From assembly GCA_965113315.1 (NCBI GenBank), contig OZ220364.1: a DNA stretch of 64,000 nucleotides; one strand, 5' to 3'. Source of the DNA: Podarcis vaucheri. Its lineage: Eukaryota. Of the stretch, positions 11,399-25,671 are shown piece by piece. The notes under the pieces were generated by a model, which saw only the letters and a program-made list of their open reading frames with translations, did no database searches and was not told where the DNA came from. Numbering within the stretch: position 1 is the stretch's first letter; every line of letters begins with the position of its first letter. The translations under genes and the position numbers were made by a program.

Positions 11399-12848
11399 CT
11401 TCCATTGTGAAACAAACAGAAAAGTTTATGTGATGAGATGACATTAAGGCCATAGACAGTTCACTGGGATATAGGGAAGTGATAGCAACAACAATAGTAA
11501 GCAATGGGTTGAATCCGGACAGCTTAAGCCTCGGACAAGTTAATCATGATTTAGTGAGATTAACTAAGTTCATCTAACTTTGATCCAATGCTTTGTTTTT
11601 CACATGTCTCCAATGCTTTATGCACCAAAGATTCGAAAATTCATGTGATCTCTCTACATTCTAGCACAAAGGAACATTAAAGTCATCTGAAATCTAGGGA
11701 TACCGGTAATGGTGGGCAGAAGATATCATACCCCTCTGTCACTCCTGGATCCAGATTCTGCTGCTTTATGAAGCTACAGAAAAATGAAGGGTTGCAGAAT
11801 AAAGTTGTATGAGACTAACCCAATATATTCTGTAGGTGGGTCACATACAGAGTTAAAAGAGTGGACAATTTCAGAAAAAAATAGAAAGATGTGTGGGAAG
11901 CAAAAAGCTTAGGAAGATCCTCTTATTTTTGCCCATTTGTTCTCTTAACAGAATGCAAGGGTGCCTACTACTGACAATTCACCAAAGGGTAAATTTACCA
12001 ACATAGCCACTTATCAACTATTTCAATCTGCCAAGCAGCAAGGAGAGTTATAGCATTATTTCACATCTAATATTAAATCTCAGAAGGGAGAGTAGTCCAT
12101 TCTCAGACACATTCATAGACAGACAGACAGATAATAGGTTTCAACTACACCAAGTGATGGGGGGTTATGGTCTAAATTATTTGCCTTTGTACTATGTATT
12201 TATATTATATTTTGGAGCATCTCATATGAGCTCAACTCCATACAGCTGGGAGAGGGTAGAAGGATGAACCTAGAGAAAAGCATTAGGGTGATTGCCAAGA
12301 AAACAAGAATGTGCTCTCCTATCACAATCAGTAAATAGTATAGACACAGTTTACTTTCCCCAATTTCTTCCCTGTCTGAACATGAAGGGCTAAGAAAACA
12401 GAAATAATTATACACCTGTCTGTTGTAGAAGGGGAGTTTCTGTAAGGGCCCTTCAAACAGGTTATTGCTAAAAAAAAACTGACACCAAAGTCAGAAAGCA
12501 TTATTTGCTATTAGCAATTATTTCATATTCCAGCAGTTTTAAAAGTGGACGTATAGAAAATATAGTACCAGTGACACACAGTAAAAAAGCAAATAATTTA
12601 GAAACTGAAGGAACTACTACTTCCATTATTATCCAAATCTGCAGAGACAGGCAGCCAAGTAGGGTGATGCCTTGCCTGTTTTGGCTGCAATCTTCTCTTC
12701 AAGCCACTCATTTGGAGCACTGCCATTAACGTCAATGCGATTAGACCTGAGTAAGCAGTTTGAGCATCACTGTCTCTTGTCTTTTGAGACCAATATGTCA
12801 GGAAGACATCTAACAAAGCTGGAACGCATTAAAATGCTGGCATCTTTA

Positions 12849-13136
<288 letters not shown>

Positions 13137-13149
13137 CTATACTTGGAAA

Positions 13150-13320
13150 AGAAACCATACCAAGAGCTCCCAATCACCCTGGCAACGCCTCCCCAGGCGG
13201 GATTGGGCAACTGGCTGAGGTAGGCGGAGACCTCCAGGTATCCCACTTGGGGAAGGCGAAGCATAGGGTCCACGCAAAGGGCACCCCCATTTAATGTGGG
13301 GAGCAGTCATCATCCTATTC
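13150..13320. repeat. Unclassified GC-rich interspersed repeat, copy 1 of 2
   Basis: 13180-13262 is highly similar to 37265-37350; GTCCACGCAAAGGGC is shared downstream. Confidence 0.75.
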
Positions 13321-13568
13321 ACCATCGTCTAACTGGCAGGGGAGACCTGTATGATCTGTGTGATTCACTATTTGTTGCCAAACTTTAATAAAAAGCAAAA
13401 AAAGCCACCACATTTTTGGTACGTAATTACAACAAAGACTACTCCCCCATCATTCCCCCTCATCCCCCAAAAGAGGAGTTTGGCCATCACTGCAACCAAT
13501 GAACTTCAATCTGAAAAGCGGGCTAAAAATGTTCTAAAATTTAAAAAACCCTATCATTTGAGACTTTA

Positions 13569-13718
<150 letters not shown>

Positions 13719-15009
13719 CTAGAAATGGGAATTAAATCAACTTGTAAACATGATAAAGATCAGAACAGAGAGAAAACAACAAGATTTTTTACTGTAAATT
13801 AGATACAGGAAATGACGGTGGTTTGAATCACTGTGCATTTCAGTCAGGCATGAATCCCCATTAATAGCCATACGACTTAATTTAATCATGACTAATTTGC
13901 TGCATTGGTTTCAAATGCAATGGATCTTAGTCACAACTTTCCCTAGATCAGGACCATTGTGCCGTAAGCAGAAAAGAAAAAAGGGCAGGTTACCAGTTTT
14001 ACTCCTGATAACTCAATAGAGAATCCTCTTCTACAACTATATTGTGTAGCACAGCATAGAAGCAAGTCTAATCTATTGTTCTAATTTGAAAATATAATTA
14101 GGTTTTCCAGGAAGGAGAAAAGTCGTAATCCAGTCTATTTATCTTTACAGTAAAACATCTGATTGGGTTTTACGTAAGAAATCAATAAAATTTTGAGACA
14201 AAAATAAGGAAGCAGTCTAGGGCAGAAGACCAATTGGAAATTCATACGCTCCATTTTTTCTTAAGTTGGCATTTACTTTTGCAGGCAACAACTGGTAGAT
14301 CTCAAGCTCAGTTGGGTTATCTGAAGAGTTGCAACACATGAAGGGCAGTACAACTGTCACTTGCCATACAAACTTCAAAAATCTAACTTGTTGAACTAAG
14401 GGCAACAATATAGGGGTCTTTTCTGACATTCCTTGGGCAGTTTGGGAAGAAGCAGTGGCTCTTGTATTACCTCACAAAGAAAGTGTCAGAAGCCCTGGGT
14501 TATATGAGAGAGGTCCATGCTGCAGCTCCTTCACAATGCACTAATACTCTAGCTTTCATGAAGGGTGGTAGTGGCAGAGGAAGGAGAAGCATCACAGACT
14601 CTTCCCTGAAGGCTCCCACCATCGCTTTAGAAGCCAAGAGGGAGCTGCACTGTAGCAATTTCAACAGGAATGTAACATCAAAACGGTAACCACAGTTTTG
14701 CAATTTAGGCTTTTGACAGTTTTTATCCATACAAAAGAAACATATTCAATTTAGTGACGAGTTATCCGTGGAGTTCAAGGACTACAGGCCCTACATTTCC
14801 TAGATATTTGCTCCATGGTGGACTGGTGACTATTCTGGCAGTTTCTTCAAGCTGCCTTGTTCGTATTTCAAAACTTGCCACTATTCATTCTGCATAGCCC
14901 TGCAAGTTTGGTCTTCAGCTAATGCTATGAGAAGAATTTGAAAGGGAGGCAATTATAGCCGTGCAATAAGCAATTTAGGTATCAAAAAGCATTTACAAAG
15001 GCCAACATG

Positions 15010-15225
15010 CTCAGTGGAATGCATGTTGGTCTTGAACTTGTGAATTCAAATTTATGACCCATGGATTCATTGAGTAGCCTTGGGCAAAGTTGTAATCTCT
15101 TCACTCCCTTTCTGTGAAATGGGAATAAGTGTGGCTGTTCTCATGGGGTTTTTTGTGAGGAGAGCTGACAACTGAAGATAAATGGAGAACTTTCCAAGAG
15201 AAAACCAGCGTTCTAAGTAGCACAG
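15010..15225 (+). mobile_element. Old MIR/Ther1-like CORE SINE
   Basis: ccttgggcaaagtt...tttctgtgaaatgggaataa...ctcatggggtttttgtgagga pattern. Confidence 0.55.
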
Positions 15226-18218
15226 CCTCAACTAACTTAAAGAGTTGGCTTTGGACAATGAAAAATCCTTCTACCTTCTGTTCTCCTGTAAGACTTGGCA
15301 TTACAACCAAAAGCAGTTAGAGCTAAAGACCACAATTTTGGTTCCAAAGGTCAAACAATTTAATTTGCATTGACCAGAAATCAGCACCACCATAGAAGGC
15401 CTTTCAATCTTTTCTCTCATTTCCATACATCACACTATCCATGACTGAGTACAGAATCTGGTTCTTTTCCTTGCTGGATGCTTGGCTGGCTCAAAATGAG
15501 AAAGTGTTCTACTTCAGCAGTAATTTACTGAACTCTTTCTTCTAAGTAAGTTAAGCCAAACACTCTACAAGTATCTACTGCATTTGAACAAATTATTCAA
15601 AAAGTCCTGTTCTGACAGATTTATCTCAGAAAGATTTTGCAGCAGTACTTTATTTTTATGACTCGATAAATACCCACATAGTTCAAACCAACTCCTGTTG
15701 AAATCAGACCCGCCTGTGGTTTATACGAATGCCACCAGTGTACACTGCCCATATAGTGTTGAATATTTTTCTTCAAACATTGCCCAGGAATCAGCAAAAC
15801 ATTTCAAAATGATTCATGTAGAACATGAATGCAAACAGATTGTTTTTGTGGGAGCTGCAAATCATTCACGGAAATCAAAGCCAGCCAGTTACTTCATCAG
15901 CCTGCTTCCATTCATATGCCAGACTGACTGGAATGGGATACTCCTGCTGAACTGCAAACCTACAATTACAGTATGCAAGTTCCTAAAATGCTCCTCTAAC
16001 ATCTGCAAGCCCATATAAGCATTTTTCACATGAGAGATTTACTTAGTTTCCCTTTGAATCTGCCTGTAACGCAAACATAAAACCTACACAGGTTGCAGCA
16101 CACATTTAATTTCTATTTTCTTCCCTTTTCCATCCTGCATTACCAGCCTTGCATAACTGGAAGGTGTTCAGTTTGTATGTGGAAATGCCCCATGCCTGAT
16201 TTAATGCACTGAAACCTTTCTTATGAAATTTACTTGAGACAAGTGAGAGCCAGGACCAAACTTGACATCCCAGTTGGTCTCATCTATAATGCATAATGGC
16301 TGCTAAAACAGAGACAAAGGGGGGCACAGTGGAAATTTAAATAGCGGTGACATTGCATCATTAATTTAAGAAGGAACAAAAGGGCCTGTGGGAGTTCCAG
16401 AATGTCATGGCACAGGATAAAAAGCAAAGTAAAATGACATAAATAAATATAAAGGAAATCTACAGAAATGTGGAGTTATTACTCTGTCTTGACTAGTTTC
16501 AAATGCAGGGTTTTTTAAACAGTTTTTATGTGTATTTAGGTATATATCTGGACAAAACAGTTCTTTTGATCATACAGCTACCACCATACATGCAGGTTTT
16601 TTCAATTGCCGTTGGGCAATTTTCCATCTCCATGGTGCCATCTCTTACAGTGCCACTGTTAGGTCTCACATAAAGGCAGTGGGGATGAAGAGTCAATATG
16701 TAGCCAATGCATGCGTGTATATGGGACTCTGAATATATGGAAGCTTTTCACCTTGTGCAGAACTATGTGAAGAGCATATATATGATAGTAAATTTTGAAA
16801 AAACATTCAGGATTGGGCTGTGCATTTGGAGTTTTAGCCTAGCATAACCTGCTATGCAATTTTTTTTTTTGGGGGGGGTAGTGGTAACTAATTCACTGTC
16901 TACAGTTTAGGGTCCCCAGCCAAAATCATGTCTTCCAGATCTATTAATCCTGCCTAAAAATATTAAAATATTGTCGGTTTTGTCTTTACTAAAATGTAAA
17001 ATGACTAAAAACATTTCTAGCACGCTTGGTTCATGTGTGTGGGTCAACAATATGGATCTGAAGTTCACTGATACACTCTATCTCCACCTTGGTCTGGGGG
17101 TCATGTGGCAAGGCGAACATCACCCCCTTCTGAAATCAGACTTCTCCTTGCTACATGGAACTGTGCACCTGAGTGACTCTGGCCAAAGACAGACAAGAGA
17201 TCGTCTCAGTTCTGCAGAGGTTTTTTAGCTAGAGATTCTGAACACCAAAAGTGGAGATTCATGAATAAAAAAAACACCTCAGAGTGCATCACTGAATGAT
17301 AGCCCAATTTCAGGGTCATTTTGTTAAACTGCCTAATATATCATCTCTACACCACTTGCTGTTACAAATATTGCTGCCACTGGGGGCTGTGTAATTGCCA
17401 CTTCCATTCTAGTACCACCCGTGCCCCCTTCTGTTTTCTTTTCCCCTGGGGTAATAATGAAATATAATAGACCTTGTCCTTAACTTTTCTCAGCCTCAGC
17501 AGCAATAGCAGCAGCAGTCTTCTCAACTGAATGGCCTGCCAAGCCTTCAGGTTCTCGAGGCAGTTCCGTACAACATTGATTTAAAAATCACAGATAGAGA
17601 CAGAAACACAAATACCAGAACCTGCACGCAGCACACATATTAACCTATTTTCTTTTCCATAGTCTCTTTTGAGGGGGTTATAGGAGGATACTGAGGCTAT
17701 ACATACATAAACCTGTGCAACCAGACTCCCTCTCCTCTCTCCATATGGAACCACAACAACCCTACTTTCAAATCTGGGTTTGGGGAAAAACCCGAAACAG
17801 ATTTTGGAGGATGCATGAGTAGAGGAAGTCCACTGAGCAGGCAGAAGTCCTTGAGCTAATGCAAAGATTTTGCTGGATATAAACCCATTCTTTTAACAGT
17901 GCAAACCTATCTGTTTTCTCAGATGAAGGCTCCATTGACTTAATGGAAATTACTCGCATAGGATGGTAGTCTATCTCTTCTTCTCCAAGTTACCTATATC
18001 AATGAACCCAATTATCTTATTTTACTTTTTTAAAAAAAGCTTATTTGGGAGAGAGAAATGTAACCATCTTTCATAACTGGAAATCGCTAAAGGGTCCTGT
18101 TTATGCCATTAATCTTGGATGTGAGACCAAATTAATTTGTACCAGAAATTAGGTGAATCTCCTTATGCCATTTATTCCATATTATAAAGTATTTTGTTAT
18201 GTAAAAATGGTTCACTAC

Positions 18219-18500
18219 TGTCAGGGAACTGCCATCAGTGCCGGAGGGAGAGAGCAAGCTCCAGAGGGATCCCAGAGAGCGTCCCTGGATTGGGAGAGGC
18301 AGCCCATCTTCTGGGGAAGGGAATCAGCTTAGCTCCAGTGGAGAAGGGGGGCAGATGGGGGAATCAGAGAGGCAGTCACATGACTCCTTGCCGGGGACCA
18401 GCGGGGAGAAGAAGGGTCCTCCGCTGCCTACGCCCTCCTTGCGCAGAAGGCTTCCGCGCAGGGAGAGTAGGAGGAGACTGGGTGTCAAAGAACTTCTTTG
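18219..18500 (+). mobile_element. Probable LTR fragment (TGTCA start), truncated
   Basis: Abrupt GC/CpG-rich block beginning TGTCAGGGAACTGCC within an AT-rich intron; no 3' CA end or TSD found. Confidence 0.4.
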
Positions 18501-18527
18501 GATGAATTTATTTGGAATGATCTTGAA

Positions 18528-18667
18528 CGGTGATGGGGAATTTGTAGTCCTCTAGATATTGTTGGACTACAGCTCCCATCACCCCTGACCACTGATCACA
18601 GTGGCTGACACTGATGGAAGCTGAAGTCTAACAACATTCAGAGGATCAAAAGTTTCTCACATCAGGG
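18528..18667. mobile_element. Degenerate palindromic hAT-type MITE (same family as 58755-58890)
   Basis: agatattgttggactacagctcccatca ... tgatggaagctgaagtctaacaacatt. Confidence 0.6.
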
Positions 18668-19312
18668 TCTTGAGGCTTTGAAATATTTTTTTATGACAGG
18701 AATTGCTACTATGGGGAGAAGGGTGTCCCACTGCAAGCGCCATACTGAGCATGAATCAGTTAGTTGCAATCAAGTATTAACTGAAACTATTGGACTTTTA
18801 AGTTAGACATGAGGTCCTGTTAAGTCAATATTCATTTATTTCAGTGGGTCAGCTGAAACTTAGCTGAATACCACCTAAGTTTCTGTTGAATTGTGCTCAC
18901 TGAATGTTTGAACATAGATTCACATTTTCATGGACTAAACCCATTGTTTTTTGCTGCATTTTTTCATTAACTTCACCTTTAATCAAATCATGTTTTCAGG
19001 CATTACCAAAACATTCCCTTTACAGAAAGAAAGAGGCTGAACGATATAGTTGTACTGAGACTTTCCCAACAGCAAACCTTCCTAAAAGGCATCCCATTCC
19101 AATTTCCTCTGTCTGATAAAGAATGCCTGTCAGCCATATTTTCTGATAATTCTTATGCTGACAAACTGTTACCACGTGGAAATATGTGAATAGAAGTTAT
19201 GAATAAATGATGGCAAGTGAACATCTCTACAGAAGCTCGACTGTCACTTTGCCACAGGGAAAATGTGATGTCTGGAAACCTTCTCAAGTGAAAGCATGCT
19301 GAACTAGCAGGT

Positions 19313-19315
<3 letters not shown>

Positions 19316-19356
<41 letters not shown>
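19316..19356. repeat. (CT)n microsatellite
   Basis: About 20 consecutive TC units. Confidence 0.95.
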
Positions 19357-19359
<3 letters not shown>

Positions 19360-19704
19360 AATTTTACTGAAAACCATTATGAGGTGGGGGGTTTTAATTT
19401 ACAGCAGTATTTAAAAACCCATAAAATCTAATAATACAAAGATGTAACATAAGTCCACTGCAAATTTTTCTCTATGCCTCTACAAGTGGGAGCCAACGAA
19501 GTGCAGCAGGTGGTTTTTGTGTGGTAACCTGAAGTCATGTAAAATTATGTCACACATTTTGTGTTAGCAGAAATTACTGTGAGGGGTGGGGATGGAGAGG
19601 CGAGATATGGGCTTCTTGCTTTTTGCAGCAGTCGCACTTCTCCTATAAGTCTTGGTGTACTGAGCTTCCACTCAGAAGGTGTGGGAAATGTTTGGTCTTC
19701 TAGA

Positions 19705-20070
19705 TATGTCTGTGTCCAGTCCTGGGCACCACAGTTTAAGAAGGATATCGACAAGATGGAACATGTGCAGAGGAGGACGAACGGGATGATAAAGGGCCTG
19801 GAAACCAAGCTTGAGGGAGTTGGATAGCTTGAGTCTGGAGAAAATCAGACTAAGAGGTGATATGTTCACCACCTTCAAATATCGGAAGATGAAGCAAGCT
19901 TTTTCTGGATTCAAATAACAAGGAAGGAGATTCTAAGAAAACTTTAGGGGAAATGTTCTGATGGCAATAGTTGTTTGACAGTGGAACAGACTTTCTTGGA
20001 AGGTGGTGGACTCTCATTTATTGGATGTTTTTAAATAGAAGTTGGGTGGCCATCTGTCAGGGATTCTTTA
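19705..20070 (+). mobile_element. CR1 LINE 3' fragment (RT C-terminal region), degenerate
   Basis: [31 protein letters not shown], then slekirlrgdm-like and qwnrl-like segments typical of the CR1 ORF2 end. Confidence 0.85.
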
Positions 20071-20131
20071 CCAGTCATTGAAGGGAACTGAACAGTGGTC
20101 AATGGCCAGGAATGATGGTAGTAGTAGTTCA

Positions 20132-20398
<267 letters not shown>

Positions 20399-23300
20399 TC
20401 ATCCAGCAGCTGCAAAAACCACATTATTTCTTTCAGACCATTTCTAAGTAAATGACCTCTGCTCAGGTGGTCATTGTGCTGATTTTTCCAAAGCCCACAT
20501 TCTTCCTGTTCCCACCCGCATCTCTCCTCCATCTCGCCCTGCTGTTGTTCTCAATTGAACCATTGAACTACAGTCACTGGGGAGCCTAATTCAATTGAAG
20601 TAAACAGATCAGTGCAGGAGAGGGCAGCAGCAGCAACAACAAAGCTACATTTGAAAAGCAAAATGTAAGGGAAGGGATCAAGGCTTTGCACTGTCATCCA
20701 ACCAGCGTTTCACTAGGACAGCCTGAGTGCAGAGGAAATCAATTTACTGCTGTTTTTAAAAAACAGAAAACAAAATTCTTTCCATATCCCCTGAAACATT
20801 TAAAGACTGCATTATCCTGTTTATGTCTGGAGTCGGAGCTTAACTGCCATTGAGGTAAACTTTTGTTTTTATCTCCTTTGAAACAGACATTGACCGTGTT
20901 TGCATATCATGCTAAGCCATAAAAGGATGGTTTGGTAAGTCACACTTGCATGAAGTGCAGGCTGACAGAGACATCCGGGGGACTCCCACTTTGCTCCTCC
21001 CACCACAAAGGGGATAACCCAGGAACATGCTGTGTTTTGTGCTAACAAACCATGATGCGCTAAGCCAACGACAAACCATGATTTGCCAAACATCTCATGA
21101 AAACGAAAGTCAAGGTTCTTGCCGTATAAAGAACTACCCATTCAAACGGAGTGCTGAATTAGTTCAGCATTGCTTGCTATATCGTGGCTGACCTTATAGC
21201 CTCTGGAAATAGTGAGTTAAACTATGGAGGGCAGTTTCAAACGCTCATAGAGATCATGGGCAGCTAACGTACAGCACAGCCACCGTAAGTAGCACAGGAA
21301 GTCGGGATATATGTGACTCCTGGACAGTTATGGTTAGTATTTTCTGTACAGAAAGGGGATGCCCTTCTCAAGGCGACTACCAAAATGTTAAAAAGAACCT
21401 ATAACAATATCACAAATAATAAAATTACCTAAGACACATCTAAATCTCAGAAATGTAGCAGATTAAAAACGATATCAGAAGACAAAAATCATCCAAGTGC
21501 AAAAGCAGGTAGTAAAACTAGCACATTTCTGGGTACAGGCTGGAGTACAACCTGCATTCCTGCCTGCCTCTCCTGTGCAGTTCAGTTAAGACTCCCCGGC
21601 ATGGGGAGATACATAAGGACTGTAGGGAACAACCCTCTCGTCCTCTGGATTTTTACTTCTGTCCCATTTGCCAGAACATTCAGCCATTACTAGTATAGAT
21701 GATCTTCAAAAGTGATACATGATGGGCAAGAAATCTGCCAGGGTTCCAGGAAAGATTTAGATACAAGAACATTTCTGAATTATTATAAGCAACTTCTGTT
21801 CATAAGATTCAACATTACAGTATTTTTTTTTTCTTTACAGGGAAGATGGAGGAATACTTCACCATGCCTGTAGTGTATGGTAACAAGGCATGAACATTTT
21901 AATTTCCTGCTATGTCAAAGGACTCCTTTGGGCAGAGGAGAAATCCAATAAAGCAAGCTTTAAAACGCATTACTGTTTTTCAGGTCACCAATACCTGAAT
22001 GTTACTGCAACGCTGGATTCAGGGCTTTTCACTCTTGCTGACAACCTTAGCAAGTGGTTATTGAATAATGCCCATGTATAACAGGAGAGTGAGAAGCAAA
22101 TATCTAACCCTAAAAAATGTAGACCGCTTTAGGGAGCATTGACTTTGGGAGACATTCCCAGGCATGTGGAAGAATACATGCAACTGAAAAGGCAAAGTAC
22201 ATGTGTAGTAAGAACTAATTTTTCAATCCCTGTTTAGGTTTTTATTAGCAGCAACCATATGCATAGCTTACCAGTATATATTTAACTAAATCTAAATGGA
22301 TGGTGGAAACGACTAAATACAAATACACAATTCTGTCCAGCCAGCAGCACATTCACAAATAAAATATATCTATCTTCAGTTGCGTGTATACATAATATTT
22401 TAACATGAGATTGCATTGCTTGTTTTCCCCAGAAACAAAGTGGGGACTGAAACGATATCTAAACTTGGCTACTTCATTTCCCCACCAACATGCAGTTGTG
22501 ACTTAAATGACGTAACATTTTGGACGCTTCAGAACAGCTGTTTTTGATGAAAAAGCTAAGGTACCCTTAATTAAGACTAATTAAATTAAAAGTAATTAAA
22601 ATTTAAAACTATGAGACTTTTTTAAGAAGCAATTTTAAGCAGAGGTTTAAATTATTTCTGCCCTGCTTACTTTACCAAAAGATCCGACTGGTATAAATAC
22701 AATTATTTAACAAGAGCAAAACAAAACAGAAGCCTTCTCCTGTTTTATTATTATTATTATTAAGGTTGAAATCCAACAGAAGGCTGCAATCCTGGGTAGT
22801 CACAGATGAAGAACATGTGCAGCAAAATGCCTTTTTTCTTTTACTGCAGCTATCACTCTGCTGAGCAGCTTGTAGGTTGTGCAAGGTGATCGGCTGCAGC
22901 AAAAATACTCTTAACATCTCCAGCTAAGCATGTGCTCCTCCCACACCTTCGCTTGCCTATGTATCTCCAGGGCTGCGATCAATGGGACTGTTCACGCATA
23001 GTTTATCGCAAAATTGATGCTAATATTCTATATGCTAGCAATGCGGCATATTGCTCACAAACGTTTATTTACTTTTTTTTAAATAAAGCTTTTAGGTGTA
23101 TCCATTGCAATAAAGTTCCCATTTTGCCTACTGGTTTGACCTAACTTCTAAAGACTCCCAGAAAACGTTTTGGAAATATGTTGTCATCCAGTCCAGCAAC
23201 AAGGCATGCTGGAACATGAAATGTGTTTGATTACTAATTCACACACAGCGGTCCATTTCTTCCTCAAACCGCAGGTTCATTCTGCAATTGTAAAATATCT

Positions 23301-23531
23301 TTCTACATTTTGTTCCTGCTGAACTCTTGGTATATTGTCTAGCAACTGCTATAGCAGAAATTCATATTTATCAGTAAGATAATTCCTTGTTTTAAACAGC
23401 AGTGATTCTCTCTGGAATTTTAATGAGTCTATCATAAAAATGGACACAGAGCTTGAGAGCTGGACAACCTGAAAATGATGGGTTAATGGATGTATAGAGC
23501 CAATAAAGTATATAAATGAACAGTACAGTAC

Positions 23532-23629
23532 CCGGCCTCTAAGAAGTTCATAGGCTGTAATGCCTAATGACCACCAGTCAACAGCATAGGAATAGCCAAT
23601 GGGTTTTATAGAACTGAACATCTCGGGTG
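23532..23629 (-). CDS. STK32A: STK32A exon 8: [32 protein letters not shown]
   Basis: ccccag|CA CCC GAG ... GGC CGG|gtactg; 98 nt. Confidence 0.95.
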
Positions 23630-23952
23630 CTGGGGAAAAAGAGAAAGTTGTTATTTGCTTTCGTTAGGAATCTTACAGCAAGATTATTGCCTTTGCTTCC
23701 ATTGGTGTGAGCATATATTCCAAATGTCCAAATGGGGACAGACCCTTTGGGGGCCATGGCTGGCTGGCTGGCTACTGGGCCCACCTAGTCAAGAAGGGCT
23801 TCCTGATTTGCCTGGGCAACAGTGAGCTATGGGAAATGAACTAAAAGAAATGGGAGCTGAGAGAAAGGCTGCTATCTAATGTGTGTATCTAAGCCTTGTG
23901 GAATGCCTTGCGAAAACGGGACATCAACAACTATTTTTATTTCTGTATTAGG

Positions 23953-24031
23953 ATTTAGTCTGCCTCCTTTTTAGTTTTAAGCTGTTAAGCCTTATTTAAC
24001 AGCTTAAAACTAAAGAGGAGGCAGACTAAAT
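23953..24031. repeat. Near-perfect inverted repeat, 36-bp arms, 7-nt loop
   Basis: 23953-23988 pairs with 23996-24031 with a single mismatch. Confidence 0.9.
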
Positions 24032-25671
24032 TTGTATTGTTTTATACACAACTGTATGGGCTATTTTTAAATGACGCTTTACTTATACTGACAGTATGTC
24101 AGTATGACAATTGTTCTTATTTTAAAAAATAATTTAATTTTTTACAAAATGTTATCACTGTTCATTTGATATTTTTTGAACTGTTTTGGGGATAATCTCA
24201 TGAAAATGTAGCCTACCAAAAAACATGATGATGACAATAATCATCTCCCTGGCTCTGGTGTGTTTTGGGGTGACATTTAGCTCTGATTCCTATCCTGGTC
24301 CCTTAAGTCAGTTTCTCTGACTCAGTCATTAGCTCCCTGTTCCCATTCCCCTCTTACAGCTGCTTATGGCTCAGCCCTGACACTTTATTTATCAGGAGGA
24401 GTCAATATTTTGCCTTTCGGAGAGATACAGCTTTAAACATCTGTCAACTAACAAGGACACCAGAGTTCTTTAGGTTTTGCCTTCTAGAGCAAGGAACAAA
24501 TGCATCTCAAGTTTGGTGCACATCCATCTAAAAGGTTATGTCCATGCACTGCCAATATACTTCTTCCCTTCCATACCTCCATAATAATCTATTAATCAAA
24601 GAGCCATTTTTGCTGAACGCATTTTGAATTTTGACCATATTTATACTAATTGCAACCAAGTTCACTGCAAGATAAGAATTCTATTCAACCATCATAATTT
24701 ACTTTTCAGCCATTGTTATGATCAGTTTACTAACTACTTTAGACGCGTGTGGCCATCAAGCTCTGACAGAGAATGCTTTCCCTTTGGAAGTGTGTAGAAT
24801 ATTCATTCCTGTGCCAGTAAAGACTCACCTGTCTGCCTAAGCATTTTTAGTGTATTTAATGAGTTAATTGACTTGGGGTGAGTAGCCCACTCTGAACTTT
24901 CTTCCACCTGCTTTTACTCTTCAAACTGACTTTATGGTTTATGAATTTTTTTAATGATTTATTGTCATTTGTATTTGGATCATGACCCATTGTGAACAAT
25001 CGCAGAATACAAATATCCCCAGCAAATATATAAACAAATATAGAAGGCAAAAAAGTATTTTCAAGCAATGTATTTTTGGGAGCGGGGAGATACTTAAGAA
25101 ATGATATTTGGAATGAGAATGGGGGGGGGAGAGGTATAAGCACAAAAGTTTCCCCCTTCCTCTGTGAATGTTCTCATTGCCCTCTAAAAGAGAAGATGAA
25201 GGCGGCATGACATCCTTCTACTTTTGTCACCTAACCAAAACTACCATCAAGAAAATGAGCTGGGAGAATTCTGCCATGTTCTTGAGGTTCAGAAGGTCAC
25301 TGCACAAATGCACAGAGCACTGGGGAACTGACTCACCATGCTTACGTTCTCTGGTTCTGTACAAGTTTTTACACTTATGAATCACAATTTCCAGGTCACA
25401 CTTTGGCTGACTGTTTGACGCAGATGGGTTGCAAATGCACAAATACCTATCGATCTATCGATATACAGTATATATGCATGAAAGTCCCTCTCCTGTTCCC
25501 CCTTGATCACAGATAAAATGCTTGTAGCTGCTGAGCCGATGCGTGCATTATAGCCATCAAAACATCATTTAATATTGTTAAATAGAAGTGGCCTAACTTT
25601 TGCTCAAGTGCTGGGAGGGGAGATGCTAATTCCGGGGTCTGACCCATAGAAATGTTGTCCTCCTGAAGTGG

